The notes: generated by a model not told the origin, from the letters alone. Positions 8,551 to 19,425 are shown, counted from the first letter of the stretch. The stretch: 61,114 nucleotides of DNA from a virus (IMGVR_UViG_3300044691_000260:1-61114), one strand, 5' to 3'. Numbers and translations are program-made.

Positions 8551-9323
8551 ACGCCACCGCTGCTGTGTACCTGATCATCCTCCTCGCCGTGGTGGCGTCC
8601 GTTCCGCTGATGGCAGCCACCCACCACCTCCCGCACATGCCGAGGAAGTGGCACCAGTGACCGAAGGGATCGACCACCCGAACCGTTTCGTCATCCGGGC
8701 GCAGATCGCGAAGGCTCTCCTGATGCCACGGCCGGAACCGGCGTCTCTCCAAGAAAGCCAGCAGTCCGAACAGGACGCCATCGTCGACGCTGACTTGGTG
8801 ATGCCGTTCATCGACAAGCTGATCACCACGAACCGGAACCTGCACGCACTGCTGAAGGCACGGGATTTCCAGATCGACCGAGAGCGGGAGAAGGCTCGCA
8901 AACTCACACCGCCCTCACCGAAAACCCCACCTAACTGGGTACCGAAACCGGGGGAGATGGTCACCGGTTCGCACCGTGACGGTGTGACACTGACTGGGTT
9001 TTTTGAGGGTCCCGTGGAGTTGAGCCAACTCGCCCGGATCACCCTCAGCCAACCCGGCGCGACACCCGCGATGGTCGCGTACGTTCTCGCTGCCACGGTC
9101 CGCCCCGCTGGGTCAGCGCGGGTGAGTGCGTCATGACCGCTGTGTTCGTGTGGATCGACAGCGCAGCTGGGCTGGTCCTCGCTGCCCTCGTGATCTACCT
9201 GGCGGTGGACTTGTTCCGGCCACGCAAACGCCTCAACGACAAGCCCTACGCGCAGCTGCCCGACCGGTGGACTCCCGCCGAATCCGTAGCCGCCGCTACC
9301 CCCAAGACAGGACGGAAATCCCA

Positions 9324-9869
9324 GTGACCAACCACAACTCCGACGAATACGACGACGGCCACACCATCGACTACGGGCCTCTCCAGTCGCAGCCGCCGAA
9401 GAAGAAGCGCAGGACCCTGAAGATCGTCGGCATCACGTTCGGCGCTGTCGTCGCGATCATCATCTTCGGCGGTGTCATGGCAGCAGGGACCGGCGCCACC
9501 GTCACCAAGGTCCCCACACAGACCGCACCCACCATCGCACCGACGGAGACAGCGACCGCGCCGGCACCACCCGCGCCCACCCCGGCACCGGTCGCGCCCA
9601 TCGCACCGGCCCCGACCGGCCCGGTGACGACGTTCTCCGATGGCACCTACCAGGTCGGTGTGGACATCGCACCCGGCCGGTACAAGACCGCTGGTGCGGA
9701 CCCGTCGCTGTTCGCGAACAACTGCTACACGGAGCGGGAATCCAACGACTCCGGGGAGTTCTCGGCGATCATCGCGAACAACAACACCGTCGGCCCGTAC
9801 TCGGTGACAGTGCGCAAGGGTGAGTTCTTCAAGGCCGATGGTTGCTTGCCGTTCACCAAGGTCGGCTGA
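9324..9869 (+). CDS. Membrane-anchored Pro-rich protein with actinobacterial lipoprotein-like C-domain
   Basis: KKKRR + TM helix + PAP linker + FSDGTYQVGVDIAPGRYKT...CYTER. Confidence 0.75.
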   Translation: MTNHNSDEYDDGHTIDYGPLQSQPPKKKRRTLKIVGITFGAVVAIIIFGGVMAAGTGATVTKVPTQTAPTIAPTETATAPAPPAPTPAPVAPIAPAPTGPVTTFSDGTYQVGVDIAPGRYKTAGADPSLFANNCYTERESNDSGEFSAIIANNNTVGPYSVTVRKGEFFKADGCLPFTKVG

Positions 9870-10543
9870 CTCTGATGCTGAAGTGCAGGTGGCACGAGGC
9901 CCAGGCGATCGTGAAATGGACCACGTCCGGTCTGATCACCGTGCCCCTGTGCGAGCACTGCTTCCTCGACTGGTTTGACCGGGCAGACAAGGTGTACGTC
10001 GCCTGTTACCAGTGGTCCGCCTACGAGGGTTTGGTTCTCTACCCGCAGCGTCTGGAATGGACGAACAAAGCAGCAAGGGCGCGGTACGGGAACACATCGG
10101 ATCAGGTACTTCAGTTGAGGGGCGCGGCATGAGCATCGCGGAGATCAAGGCGAACTGCCCGGACCGCGCGAACCACCAGGAAGGCCCGAAAGTCGTCGCT
10201 GAGTGGGAAGTGTGGGCGTCGACCATGTGGAAGTCGCACATCCGCACGGACTGTCCTTCCTGCGGGTTGACCGAACACCTCCGTAAAGCCCGGGAGTTTT
10301 TCGGGGCGAGGACGTTGATCCAATCCGTGGTGTTGGCGTGCCACGCGGGAATCATCCGGAGGGAACCATGACCGTTGTTCTGATGGCTTCCCGCTACCCA
10401 CCCTGCCCTGTGTGCGGCACGGAAAGGTGGGTGCGGCTCCGCACCGCCGGGTCGGTCAACCGGCGCCGTGTCGTCCAGTGCCCCCACTGCGGGCCCATGC
10501 AACTCCCCATCGGTATCCCCACGAACGGATCTCGGAGCACCAC

Positions 10544-11125
10544 ATGACAGACAACGAAGACCTGGTGTTGGAGGTCGCGACATTGAAGGTGGTGTCGGAG
10601 GTCTTCATCAAGCGCTACGCCGATTCCCGCGCCGAGCTCGGCGCTACCATGAAGCGCGGGGATCGGCTCACCGCGTGGTCCCCGCTGGACGGCGCCCCGA
10701 AGATCGGATCCGTCACCCTCACCGACCCGAAGAACACCGCCCGCATCGGGCACCGTGCCGCGTTCGAAGCGTGGGTGTCGGACAACTACCCGGGTGACAT
10801 CGCCTACGACTTCGAGATCCTCCCGAACACGGATCAGGAAGTCATTACCTGCCTGTACGACCACGCCCCGCATCTGCTGAAGAAGATCGTGAAGATCAAC
10901 CGGGACCTGGAGAAGCAGGTGTGCGTTGACTCCGCTGCACTCGGCGTGCCCGTCGGGCCGTCGGGCGAGGCGGACGTTCCGGGGGTTGTGGTGTCGTGCA
11001 CGGAGCCGGTGGTGTCGTGCCTCCCGGCCAAGGGCGCGGTCGCCGCGGTGATCGACCTGTTCCGGTCGGGCCGGCTCACCCTCGAAGACTTCTCGCCCCG
11101 CGAGCTTCCCGGGGGTGCGGCATGA
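10544..11125 (+). CDS. Hypothetical protein (recombination module)
   Basis: 193-aa coupled ORF directly before the SSAP. Confidence 0.7.
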   Translation: MTDNEDLVLEVATLKVVSEVFIKRYADSRAELGATMKRGDRLTAWSPLDGAPKIGSVTLTDPKNTARIGHRAAFEAWVSDNYPGDIAYDFEILPNTDQEVITCLYDHAPHLLKKIVKINRDLEKQVCVDSAALGVPVGPSGEADVPGVVVSCTEPVVSCLPAKGAVAAVIDLFRSGRLTLEDFSPRELPGGAA

Positions 11126-11787
11126 ACCCGGAGATCTCGGCTGCTTTGAGGGCGGACTTCGAGCCGGAGAAAATCGGCCACCTCCCGAAGATCACATGCC
11201 CGAAGTGCCGAGAAGGGACCTGTTCGGAGCACACCCGCAAGAACTGCAAGACGTGCGGGAACTACCTCGGCAAGCACATCCACATCCAGTACGTCGGCCA
11301 CGCCCACGTCCGCGAACGACTGCTAGACGTGGACACGACCTGGAACTGGGAGCCGATGGCTCTCGATGGCATGGGGCTCCCCGCACTGGACGCGTCCGGT
11401 GGCCTGTGGATCCGCCTCACCGTCGACAACGTCACCCGCCCCGGGTACGGGCACGCCGGACAGAAACGAGGCGGAGACGCCATCAAGGAAGCCATCGGTG
11501 ACGCGCTCCGCAACGCCGCGATGTCGTTCGGTGTGGCGCTCCCGATGTGGATGAAGGAAACCCCCGCACCGGTCGCGGACACCGCCCCCACACCGGACCC
11601 AGTGTTGGACGAGACAGCTCGAGCGAGCTTGTCCCGGAACCTGTGCCTCGCCGCCGGCGCGAAGAAGCGGATGAATTTCGCCACGGTTGAGGAGGAGTTC
11701 AAGAAGTGGTCTGGTGGGGCGAAGTTCCGGGAAGCTGAGACTGCGCAGCTTGAGGGCTTCCTTGAGGTTCTGCGGAGTGCCGCATGA
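11122..11787 (+). CDS. Rad52/Sak-like single-strand annealing protein with Zn-finger insert
   Basis: YVGHAHVRERL...WNWE...KEAIGDALRNAAMSFGV. Confidence 0.75.
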   Translation: MNPEISAALRADFEPEKIGHLPKITCPKCREGTCSEHTRKNCKTCGNYLGKHIHIQYVGHAHVRERLLDVDTTWNWEPMALDGMGLPALDASGGLWIRLTVDNVTRPGYGHAGQKRGGDAIKEAIGDALRNAAMSFGVALPMWMKETPAPVADTAPTPDPVLDETARASLSRNLCLAAGAKKRMNFATVEEEFKKWSGGAKFREAETAQLEGFLEVLRSAA

Positions 11788-12152
11788 CCGACCAAGCGCC
11801 CCTGAGTCCAGTCGAAGCCGGTCGTGCGCTGTGGCAGATCGGCGAGGACATCAAGACGAAGACCGATGACCTGATCGCCCTGCGCAAGGACAAGCCCTAC
11901 CTGGCGCGGGCGAAGCGGGCGGCCTATGCGCGCTCGTTCCTCGGAGCCCGTGAAGGCACCCAGGAGTTCAAGAAGCAGATGGCGATCATGGACTCCGACG
12001 AAGCCCAGTTCCAGCTTGAGGTTCATGAGCAGGAGATGGAGGCGTGCAAGGACAAGTTGCATGAGCTCCGGGACCGGTCGGAGATCGGCCGGTCGATCAA
12101 CTCGAATCTGAAGGAAGAACTTCGCACCTTCAACCAGACGGGGCAGGTATGA
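11784..12152 (+). CDS. Hypothetical coiled-coil protein
   Basis: Coupled ORF, helical and charged. Confidence 0.65.
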   Translation: MTDQAPLSPVEAGRALWQIGEDIKTKTDDLIALRKDKPYLARAKRAAYARSFLGAREGTQEFKKQMAIMDSDEAQFQLEVHEQEMEACKDKLHELRDRSEIGRSINSNLKEELRTFNQTGQV

Positions 12153-12763
12153 AACGCACCGAGCTGAAGCGGACGGGTTTCAAGCGGGCCGAGCTCGGCC
12201 GTGACCATGTTGTTCCGCCGCGCCGGACGCCTACCTCCCCGGGTCGTACACCGCGCAAGGTCGACGAGGCGCTCATCGTCCACAAGTACTTGTCTGGTCG
12301 TTCGCAGCAGTCGGTGTGCCGGGAGTTCGGGATCAACTCGACGCGCCTCGGGAAGATCTTCACGGCGCATGGGGTGAAGCCACGCAAGCCGGGGCGCCCG
12401 AAGTTGGGGACGACGAGGGTCGCGGAGAACAACGGCCGTGAGGTTGTCCGTAAGCGGGTTGGTGATGGGGGCTGTGAGGTCCGTATCGACATGGTGTGTA
12501 CGGGTGCGGCGCAGGAGTGGCACCACCGCCGCAACAGGTCGCAGGGCGGCACCTGGGACGCATCCAACGGGCTCAAGGCGTGTTCGCGATGCCACCACGC
12601 GATCACCACCGCCGCGTCCCGGTACACCGAGTTCGCCGCCAACGGGTGGATCGTCCGGTCCACCGAGAACTGGGCCAAGAAGCGTGTGCTGTACCGGGGC
12701 CGTTGGGCTCTGCTCGACGACACCGGAGACGTCCGCTACGAACCGATCAAGGAGGCATCGTGA
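12149..12763 (+). CDS. HNH endonuclease with N-terminal HTH
   Basis: CEV..C...WHHRRNRSQGG...NGLKACSRCH. Confidence 0.8.
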   Translation: MKRTELKRTGFKRAELGRDHVVPPRRTPTSPGRTPRKVDEALIVHKYLSGRSQQSVCREFGINSTRLGKIFTAHGVKPRKPGRPKLGTTRVAENNGREVVRKRVGDGGCEVRIDMVCTGAAQEWHHRRNRSQGGTWDASNGLKACSRCHHAITTAASRYTEFAANGWIVRSTENWAKKRVLYRGRWALLDDTGDVRYEPIKEAS

Positions 12764-13131
12764 ACTCGGAGATCGACCAGCCGCCACCCTGCCGCGAAGA
12801 CCCAGATCGCTGGTTCCCGATAGGCCAAGGCCCGGCCATCCAAAGGCAAATCGCCGATGCTAAAGCGGTGTGCCGCGCCTGCCCGTTCATGGTGCCGTGC
12901 CTGACAGCGGCGCTCACCGAGCACCGCTTGGACGGGATCTGGGGCGGATACACCTGGGACGAACGCAAGATGATGCGCGGCGTACCAGAGTCCGCGAACC
13001 GGTTTAAGGAGATCGACGCCAAGATCCGCGACCTCGACCACCTCGACCAGTACGCCGTAGCGAAGACACTGCACCTCGACCTGTCCGTCGTCCGCCGTGT
13101 CCGCCACGCCCCGCAAGCGGTACCGCGGTGA
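12760..13131 (+). CDS. whiB: WhiB-family transcription factor
   Basis: C..DPDRWFP...AKAVCRACP...C...GIWGG...ER. Confidence 0.9.
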   Translation: MNSEIDQPPPCREDPDRWFPIGQGPAIQRQIADAKAVCRACPFMVPCLTAALTEHRLDGIWGGYTWDERKMMRGVPESANRFKEIDAKIRDLDHLDQYAVAKTLHLDLSVVRRVRHAPQAVPR

Positions 13132-13409
13132 GTATCCGGGTGCGCCTGACCGCCCCCAGCCGGCCCGACTGCTCACCGGTCTGGGCACAGCGGCTGTGGG
13201 TGCTGTGTTGGCGCGGTCAGATGCCCATCGAAGCGTTGGCCGCGGTCGACCCAGCGCAGCGGGACGCTCTCCTCACCGAGCTGTGGAAGCTCGGCTGGAG
13301 TGATGTGGAGATCGCCACCCACACCCGCATGACCACCTACACCACCGGTCGCATCCGAGCTCGCCTCGGACTCGCGGCGCACCGAGCCCCGAAGGGAGCG
13401 GCTGCCTGA
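13128..13409 (+). CDS. Small HTH-like protein
   Basis: GWSDVEIATHTRMTTYTTGRIRARLGL. Confidence 0.6.
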   Translation: MSIRVRLTAPSRPDCSPVWAQRLWVLCWRGQMPIEALAAVDPAQRDALLTELWKLGWSDVEIATHTRMTTYTTGRIRARLGLAAHRAPKGAAA

Positions 13410-14002
13410 TGGCCGTATCGAAACGACTGCGGTTCGAGATCCTCCGCCGCGACAACCACGCCTGCCGGTACTGCGGCGCCGCGGCGCCGGACGTTCCGAT
13501 GACAGTGGACCACGTCGTCCCCACCGCCCTCGGTGGATCAGACGACCCGTCCAACTTGGTCGCCGCATGCAAGGACTGCAACGCAGGGAAGTCAGCCAGT
13601 GCGCCGGACGCTCCGATCGTCGCGGACGTGGCTGCTGATGCTCTGCGGTGGGCGAAGGCACTCGAGGTTGCGGCGAACGCGATGCTTACCGACCTCTGGG
13701 GCAGGGAAGAGCTGTTCTCACAGTTCAAGAGCTATTGGGGCATTTGGCAGAACGACAACGGCGACACGATCGAACTTCCGCGAAACTGGCGCAAGACCGT
13801 GGAGTCGTTCATCGGAGTTGGGCTGCCCGTGGCCGTCCTGCTGGAGTGCATCCGAATCGCCATGGACGCGCCGAAGGTCCGGCCAGAAGACACCTTTCGG
13901 TACATGTGCGGGACTGCTTGGGCTCGCGTGAAGAGGCTGCAGGAATCGACCCACTCACAGGTAGCTGGCCGAGTGGCCGCCACCGACCCGGGGGGGACCT
14001 GA
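13409..14002 (+). CDS. HNH endonuclease domain protein
   Basis: RFEILRRDNHACRYCG...VDHVVP..LGG....NLVAACKDCN. Confidence 0.9.
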   Translation: MAVSKRLRFEILRRDNHACRYCGAAAPDVPMTVDHVVPTALGGSDDPSNLVAACKDCNAGKSASAPDAPIVADVAADALRWAKALEVAANAMLTDLWGREELFSQFKSYWGIWQNDNGDTIELPRNWRKTVESFIGVGLPVAVLLECIRIAMDAPKVRPEDTFRYMCGTAWARVKRLQESTHSQVAGRVAATDPGGT

Positions 14003-14799
14003 TGGCCCGTATTCGAAACATCAAGCCTGAGTTCTTCACCTCCGAGTCGGTCGCTGAGCTGACGTTCAGGCAGCGCCTCACATGGATCGGGCTCTGGACC
14101 CACAGCGACAACTTCGGGCGCGCTCGGGACAACGTGCGGGTCATCAAGGGCGCGGTGTGGCCGATCGATGACGTGTCGTACGAGGACATCGAGGAGGACC
14201 TTTCCGCGCTCGCTGAGCAGAGCCGAATAGTTCGCTACGAGGTCGATGGGAAGCGGTACTTGGAGGTCACTAATTGGGGTGAGCACCAGTACGGAGCGTT
14301 CAAGGGGGAGCCCAAGAACCCCGGTCCGGAAATGTCTCGACAGGATCCAAACTTTTCTGGATACACAGGTGAGGATTCACCTGTGGACAACCCGCCCGAA
14401 GGAGGTGGAAGTGGTGCTCTACCAGGAGATCAAGAAAAGTCTGGACACGTTCAAGGGTTTTCTCGAAGTGGTCCAGAAAAATCCTCCGGTATTCAGGGGT
14501 CAGGTGTCAGGGGACAGGGGAGGGGTACGGGAGAAAAGTCTTCACGCCCACCAGCACGCTGCCTCAAACACCTCGACCACTCCGACCCGCCTCCCTGCGG
14601 TCGCTGCGCTGACGCCCGCCGCTCCGCACAGGACTGGGACGCCGAGCAGAACGCCACCAACTCAGCCGCCCGCGGCGCTCAAAGCTTCTGTCGTCTCTGC
14701 GACGGAGACGGCTGGCGCTACCAACCCGGTGGCGCCGCCCACGGACTCACCTCCGAACGCTGCGACCACATCCCCCGGAACCAGGTGACCGCGTCATGA
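14002..14799 (+). CDS. Phage replication initiator
   Basis: MARIRNIKPEFF...LTWIGLWTHSDNFGR N-domain; low-complexity iteron linker; Cys-rich C-terminus. Confidence 0.8.
   Translation: MARIRNIKPEFFTSESVAELTFRQRLTWIGLWTHSDNFGRARDNVRVIKGAVWPIDDVSYEDIEEDLSALAEQSRIVRYEVDGKRYLEVTNWGEHQYGAFKGEPKNPGPEMSRQDPNFSGYTGEDSPVDNPPEGGGSGALPGDQEKSGHVQGFSRSGPEKSSGIQGSGVRGQGRGTGEKSSRPPARCLKHLDHSDPPPCGRCADARRSAQDWDAEQNATNSAARGAQSFCRLCDGDGWRYQPGGAAHGLTSERCDHIPRNQVTAS
14325..14487. other. Probable replication origin (iterons + DnaA box)
   Basis: Five 16-bp TC..TCT(c/g)GA-like units at 14325, 14346, 14430, 14451 and 14472 (21-bp phase); TGTGGACAA at 14382-14390. Confidence 0.7.
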
Positions 14800-15035
14800 C
14801 CGAGTGGGCTGAGCGCCGCCACTTCCACGACCTCGAGTGGCGCATGGAACGAGCCGAAGCAGAAACCGTCGCGTGCACCGAGCCGGGGTGCGAGGTTCCC
14901 GCCGGCGAGACGTGCCGCAACCTCGACGACGGATTGCCACTCGGCCGGCTCCCGGCACATCACCGCCGCATGAAGGCCGCGGCTCTCGCCGCCGCCGCGA
15001 CACCTTCGATCGACGAGGAGCCCTCAGATGCCTGA
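14796..15035 (+). CDS. Small Zn-finger protein
   Basis: C...GC...AGETC...H..R pattern. Confidence 0.6.
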   Translation: MTEWAERRHFHDLEWRMERAEAETVACTEPGCEVPAGETCRNLDDGLPLGRLPAHHRRMKAAALAAAATPSIDEEPSDA

Positions 15036-16041
15036 AACCACCGTCCCCGGTACCGGAACCCTCGGAGGGGCTGAAAGTCCCTCAGGCGCCGCCACGTCGG
15101 CCAGCAGTGACCATTCCGACCGGCTCGCCGCCGAGGTGTACGCGTTCATCTGCGACGGCGACGCCTTCGCCAACCTCCCCGACTGCGAAGCGTGCGGCGG
15201 TTGCGGCAAGGACACCCGGGGGACCGAGTTCGCTGACGAACCGGCCACACCGGACGCCGTGCTCGCGGCGCTCAAGCCGCCGCCATGGTGGGCCGTCGAA
15301 CACTGCTGCGAAGCCGGAGCCACGGCGTATCCGAACCCGTGCATCTGGCACGCGGTGTCCGAGTGAGCACCCACGACGAGATCGTCGAGCAGGCAGCGGA
15401 GTTCATCTGGGAGTTCATACACGGCAACTGGGGCGTGTACGCGGACGTTCAGGAGTTGGCCGCTGGCCTGGCCGACGCCGGGCTGATCATCGACTCCGCC
15501 AACGCCAAGCACGAGTGCGACGAGGTGTTGGTGAACACCATTCGCAGTCTCGGCGTCAGCATCGCGAAACGCGAGGAAGAACGGGACACCCTGGCGTGGC
15601 TGCACGCCGAAGCCGTGTGGAAGCGGGACCAGACAGCCGAAGCCCTTCGTGGGGCCGCGATCGTGATTTGCGACCAGCGGGACCGCATCGACAAGGCTCT
15701 CGCGCTGCTCGCTGACACCGCGCTGATGCCAATGACCATCGGCGACTACCAGGCGCTTAAGTTCGACGTTCGCGCCGCGCTCACCGGCGGTGCCGAATGA
15801 GCGACGAGCGTCTTCACTTCACCATCACTGCCCGCGACGAGATGGCCGTAGTCGTGCAAGACACCTTGGACCGGTGGGCAGAGCTGACGTACCGCCGTGT
15901 CTCCGCGCACCGCCCCGACCGCATGGGAACCGTCGTCTTGGGTGTGCTGTTGCCGTACGACGAGGAGATCGGTGAGCGGGTCAAGGACTCCGACGGCGTG
16001 ATCTGGACGGTCCTCGCCGAGTCGATCCGGGGGTGCTCTGA

Positions 16042-16290
16042 ATGAGCGCTGATGACCATGGGGACTACAGCACCTACGTCAACTATCACTGTCGCTGCGA
16101 GGCCTGCAAGTTGGCGAACAGGGACACCATGCGCAAGCAACGCGAACGGCGGGCGAGCCGAGGAGTCCCGATCTCGACGCCGCACGGCCGTGAGTCCACT
16201 TACTCGAATTGGTGCTGCCGCTGCGGTGCGTGCAGGCAGGCGCATACCGCGTACTGCGCTGCGAAGAAGAGCAGGAAGGCAGTCACGTGA
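16042..16290 (+). CDS. Cys-rich protein with two HG..STY....CRC..C repeats
   Basis: Duplicated Zn-binding motif common in actinophages. Confidence 0.65.
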   Translation: MSADDHGDYSTYVNYHCRCEACKLANRDTMRKQRERRASRGVPISTPHGRESTYSNWCCRCGACRQAHTAYCAAKKSRKAVT

Positions 16291-16591
16291 GCGCTGACGA
16301 CATGTACGACCAAGCCGCCCAAGCGGAGTTCAACCAGACGCGCCGGGAGTTTGACCACATCGATCTCCGGTGGAAACCCATGACCGCGGGGGACCGGGAC
16401 GTGGTGATGCGGGCAGCGGCGCGGATGCGGAAAGCCGCAGAGCTGCTGGCGAACCCGACACCGGAGGAACGGTGCGAACGCTACGACCTTCCGGTAAACG
16501 GCTGTGATCACTGCCGTCGGGAGCTGGCCAGGGTTCACGAAGGACATCGCCGACAACTGGATGCCGGACGAGGTCGAGGGTGGTGTTCTCG

Positions 16592-16978
16592 GTGACTGAA
16601 GGCGCAGCGCGGAAACGGTCCCGGTCGTCGGCGAAGGCGGCCGGCGCCCGGTTCGAACGGACGATCGCCGACTACCTCGCGGTGCACATCGACGACCGGA
16701 TCGACCGCAGGGTGAAGACCGGCGCGAAAGACCGCGGAGACCTTGGCGGGATCCGGACGGTGCATGGCCGGGTGGTGGCTGAGCTGAAGGACACGGCGCG
16801 GGTGAACCTCGCCGGGTGGGCAGCCGAAGCCGAGACGGAGCGCGGCAACGATGACGCTCTCGTAGGCCTGACGATCTCGAAGCGGCACGGTGTCGGCAAC
16901 CCTGGCTCGCAGTGGGTGCACATGACTGTTGACGACCTGGTCGCCCTGTTGACGGGCGAGAGGCCGGGGGCAGCGTGA
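16592..16978 (+). CDS. Holliday-junction resolvase-like (PD-D/ExK)
   Basis: SAKAAGARFERTIADYL...GAKDRGDL...AELKD. Confidence 0.75.
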   Translation: MTEGAARKRSRSSAKAAGARFERTIADYLAVHIDDRIDRRVKTGAKDRGDLGGIRTVHGRVVAELKDTARVNLAGWAAEAETERGNDDALVGLTISKRHGVGNPGSQWVHMTVDDLVALLTGERPGAA

Positions 16979-16985
16979 TGGGTGC

Positions 16986-17189
16986 TCAGTCTGGGTCGGG
17001 ATCGGCAGATGCGGAGGTCAGGTATCGCCGGTTCTTCCGGATGTACTCCTTCAGCAGGTCGCGGACGACCTCGGAGATCCGGTCGCCCTTGGCTTCGGCG
17101 ATGGCCTTCGCTTCGTCCCACACCACGGGCTTCATGCGGACGTTGAAAGATTTCATGTTCTCGGGGGTCACGGCAACGAGTGTACCCAC
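16986..17189 (-). CDS. Ribbon-helix-helix DNA-binding protein
   Basis: FNVRMKPVVWDEAKAIAEAKGDRISEVVRDLLKEY. Confidence 0.75.
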   Translation of the reverse strand: MGTLVAVTPENMKSFNVRMKPVVWDEAKAIAEAKGDRISEVVRDLLKEYIRKNRRYLTSASADPDPD

Positions 17190-17252
17190 AAACGGCGTTA
17201 CGGGAAGTAGTTGGCCGAAGGTCTTGTTTGTGGGTACAACTAGGCCTACATT
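17181..17252 (+). promoter_or_regulatory. Sigma-A-like promoter with inverted-repeat operator
   Basis: TTGTTT(17224)-N17-TACATT(17247); 13-bp perfect inverted repeat 17181-17193/17226-17238. Confidence 0.7.
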
Positions 17253-17290
17253 CGTATGAACAACCAGTCGCGCCGAGCAGGGAGAACGCC

Positions 17291-17570
17291 ATGAACATCG
17301 TCACCAAGATCGTCGAAGCGGTCCGCGAGTACATGGCAGCCCTGAACGAGACGATGCCGCAGCTCGCCGGCGACACTGAGGCCCCGCGCCCCGTCGTCGT
17401 GAAGGACACCTTCGGCAAACGTCGGCCGCTACGCCGCGCTCCGCGGTGACCACTCCGGCCGCAACTGGCGCGTCGAGAACGCCGTCACCGACCGCCGCTA
17501 CATCGTCCACAACGTCCACACCGACGAGACCCGCGTCGTCGACCACACCGCCCTCACGTCTCTCTACTGA
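17291..17570 (+). pseudogene. Small gene interrupted by a +1 A insertion
   Basis: ggcAAAc at 17417; removing one A gives a continuous high-GC3 frame to TGA 17570. Confidence 0.55.
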
Positions 17571-17984
17571 CCTACCCGCCCTACTGGCAGACACCCGGTG
17601 TTCGAGTCCCGGGAGGGCACGTCCGAAGTCCTTGCCGAAGCTCCCCGTAACCCCGAAGGAGAAGTAGCCGTGCCGAAGTGGCTGTACACCCTGGACCTGT
17701 CGGATGTGTTCCACGCCGACGACGTCCCGCTCCCGACGAAGGCCCGAACCATCGCGGACCGGATCGAGAAGTCTCGCTTCTTCGACAAGGCCTGGACCTC
17801 CGCCCTGTCCGACGTGGCTGACCAGCTCCGCGATCTCGCTGAGGACGAGCGGGATGACGTTGAGGAGTTCGACCTGATCATGAACGACCTCTACGACTAC
17901 GCCGACGCTGAGCGCGTGTGGGTTGACACGTTCCTGAAGCCTGCCCGTGTCCCTGCTCTCGCCACCGAAGAGGAGGTCTGACTC

Positions 17985-18374
17985 ATGGAGTCGACTGACT
18001 GGATCAAGCCAGGAGCAGACATCCTGGTGTACCGGGATGGAGGCAGTGGCCCGACGACGTTGTTCCGGACCACGGTCGCGTTGGTGAGGGCGAAGTCGTT
18101 CCTTGTCGAGGATGTCCGCATCACACCGATCAAGTTCGAAACGCTGGCCTCCAGTCGTGTGCCGTCCGGTTGGGGTGGTTTCCAGTACCGCGCGGTTCAC
18201 CCGGATAGCGATACCGCGAAGGCCCTGTATGCCTCCGAGAGGCGGGAGCGGATTCTCGCCCGCGCCGCTGCTGTCGTCGGTTACCCGACGGCCACTGACC
18301 CGGTCCAGCTGGATCTGGCGATCCACACCCTGACGGTGTGGCGCGACTACCTGGCCACCGAAGAGGAGAAGTAA
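17985..18374 (+). CDS. Hypothetical protein
   Basis: gaggagg SD, high GC3. Confidence 0.65.
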   Translation: MESTDWIKPGADILVYRDGGSGPTTLFRTTVALVRAKSFLVEDVRITPIKFETLASSRVPSGWGGFQYRAVHPDSDTAKALYASERRERILARAAAVVGYPTATDPVQLDLAIHTLTVWRDYLATEEEK

Positions 18375-19086
18375 CCCGAAATGGACGAGATCCCGATTGC
18401 TGAACTTCCCCGCCACAAGCTGTGCACGACTTGCCGTGAGCACGTCGGGGAGATCGCCGAGTTGCGCAGGCAGGCCGACTACTTGGAGAGCTTGGTTCGT
18501 GAGTGCTCGTCGATCCCGAAGGAGCAGTCGTGAGTGTCCCGGTTCCTTCTCAGGGTGACCGAGTAGTAGTCACGATGCTCGACTCCGGTTACGAGTGCAG
18601 CGAAGAGCTGGTCCATGTCGGCGGCGAGTACGCGTCGAAGTCGTGGGTGGATCAGGGCATCGCGACTGTGGAGATCACGGGTCGATTCGCGACCAGCAAG
18701 TGGGGTCAGACGCACGAGTACGACGCCAACGGACTGCTGTGGACGAAGGAGAAGGCAAGCCATGAGTGACATCTGTTCGTGTGGCAATCGGTTCGACGGA
18801 GACAACTTGTGCATGAAGTCCGCATGTCAGGAGGAGGGCATGGAGCCTGTTACCCCTGTGTCTCGGGCTGACCGACTCGTCCAGGCCGCCACGAAGGCCG
18901 CGGAGCCTGTCTACGAGGCGACGATGTGCACCCTCGCCGGCTGCTGCGGGGACTTCGAGGGAGCGGTCAAAGCGTCTGTGGTTGCCGTACTACGGGAACT
19001 GGCCCGGGAGTACTACGGCCGTCCTGGCTGGAGCGACAACGGTGACGAGTTCGACGCTCTCGCTGACACCCTGGAGGAGAACCGAG

Positions 19087-19425
19087 ATGCCTGAACGCAT
19101 CCAACGCCGCCGCTCCCTCGGCTACCGCATGCCCAAGGGTGCCGTGTACGTCGGTAGGTCCACACGTTGGGGTAACCCCTTCGTCGTCGGCGCCCTGCTG
19201 TCCGACTGTCTTCGCGACGCGCCCCGAGCGCAGATCATCGTGGACGCCAAGCAGGCCACCGACCTGTACGACCTCCACACCGGTCCGATGGGGAACTACG
19301 AGCTCGACGTGGACGAGGTCCGTTGTCTGCTCGGCGGCAAGGACTTGGCGTGCTGGTGCCCGATAGGCCAACCGTGCCACGGAGACATTCTGCTTGCTGT
19401 AGCGAACCCGGGGGACGAGTCATGA
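19087..19425 (+). CDS. DUF4326-family protein
   Basis: AVYVGRSTRWGNPF...LGGKDLACWC...PCHGDIL. Confidence 0.85.
   Translation: MPERIQRRRSLGYRMPKGAVYVGRSTRWGNPFVVGALLSDCLRDAPRAQIIVDAKQATDLYDLHTGPMGNYELDVDEVRCLLGGKDLACWCPIGQPCHGDILLAVANPGDES

Noticed and set aside
14494-14526. G-quadruplex beside the origin
   Set aside because: Explained by a Gly-rich QGSGVRGQGRG coding linker; no independent evidence
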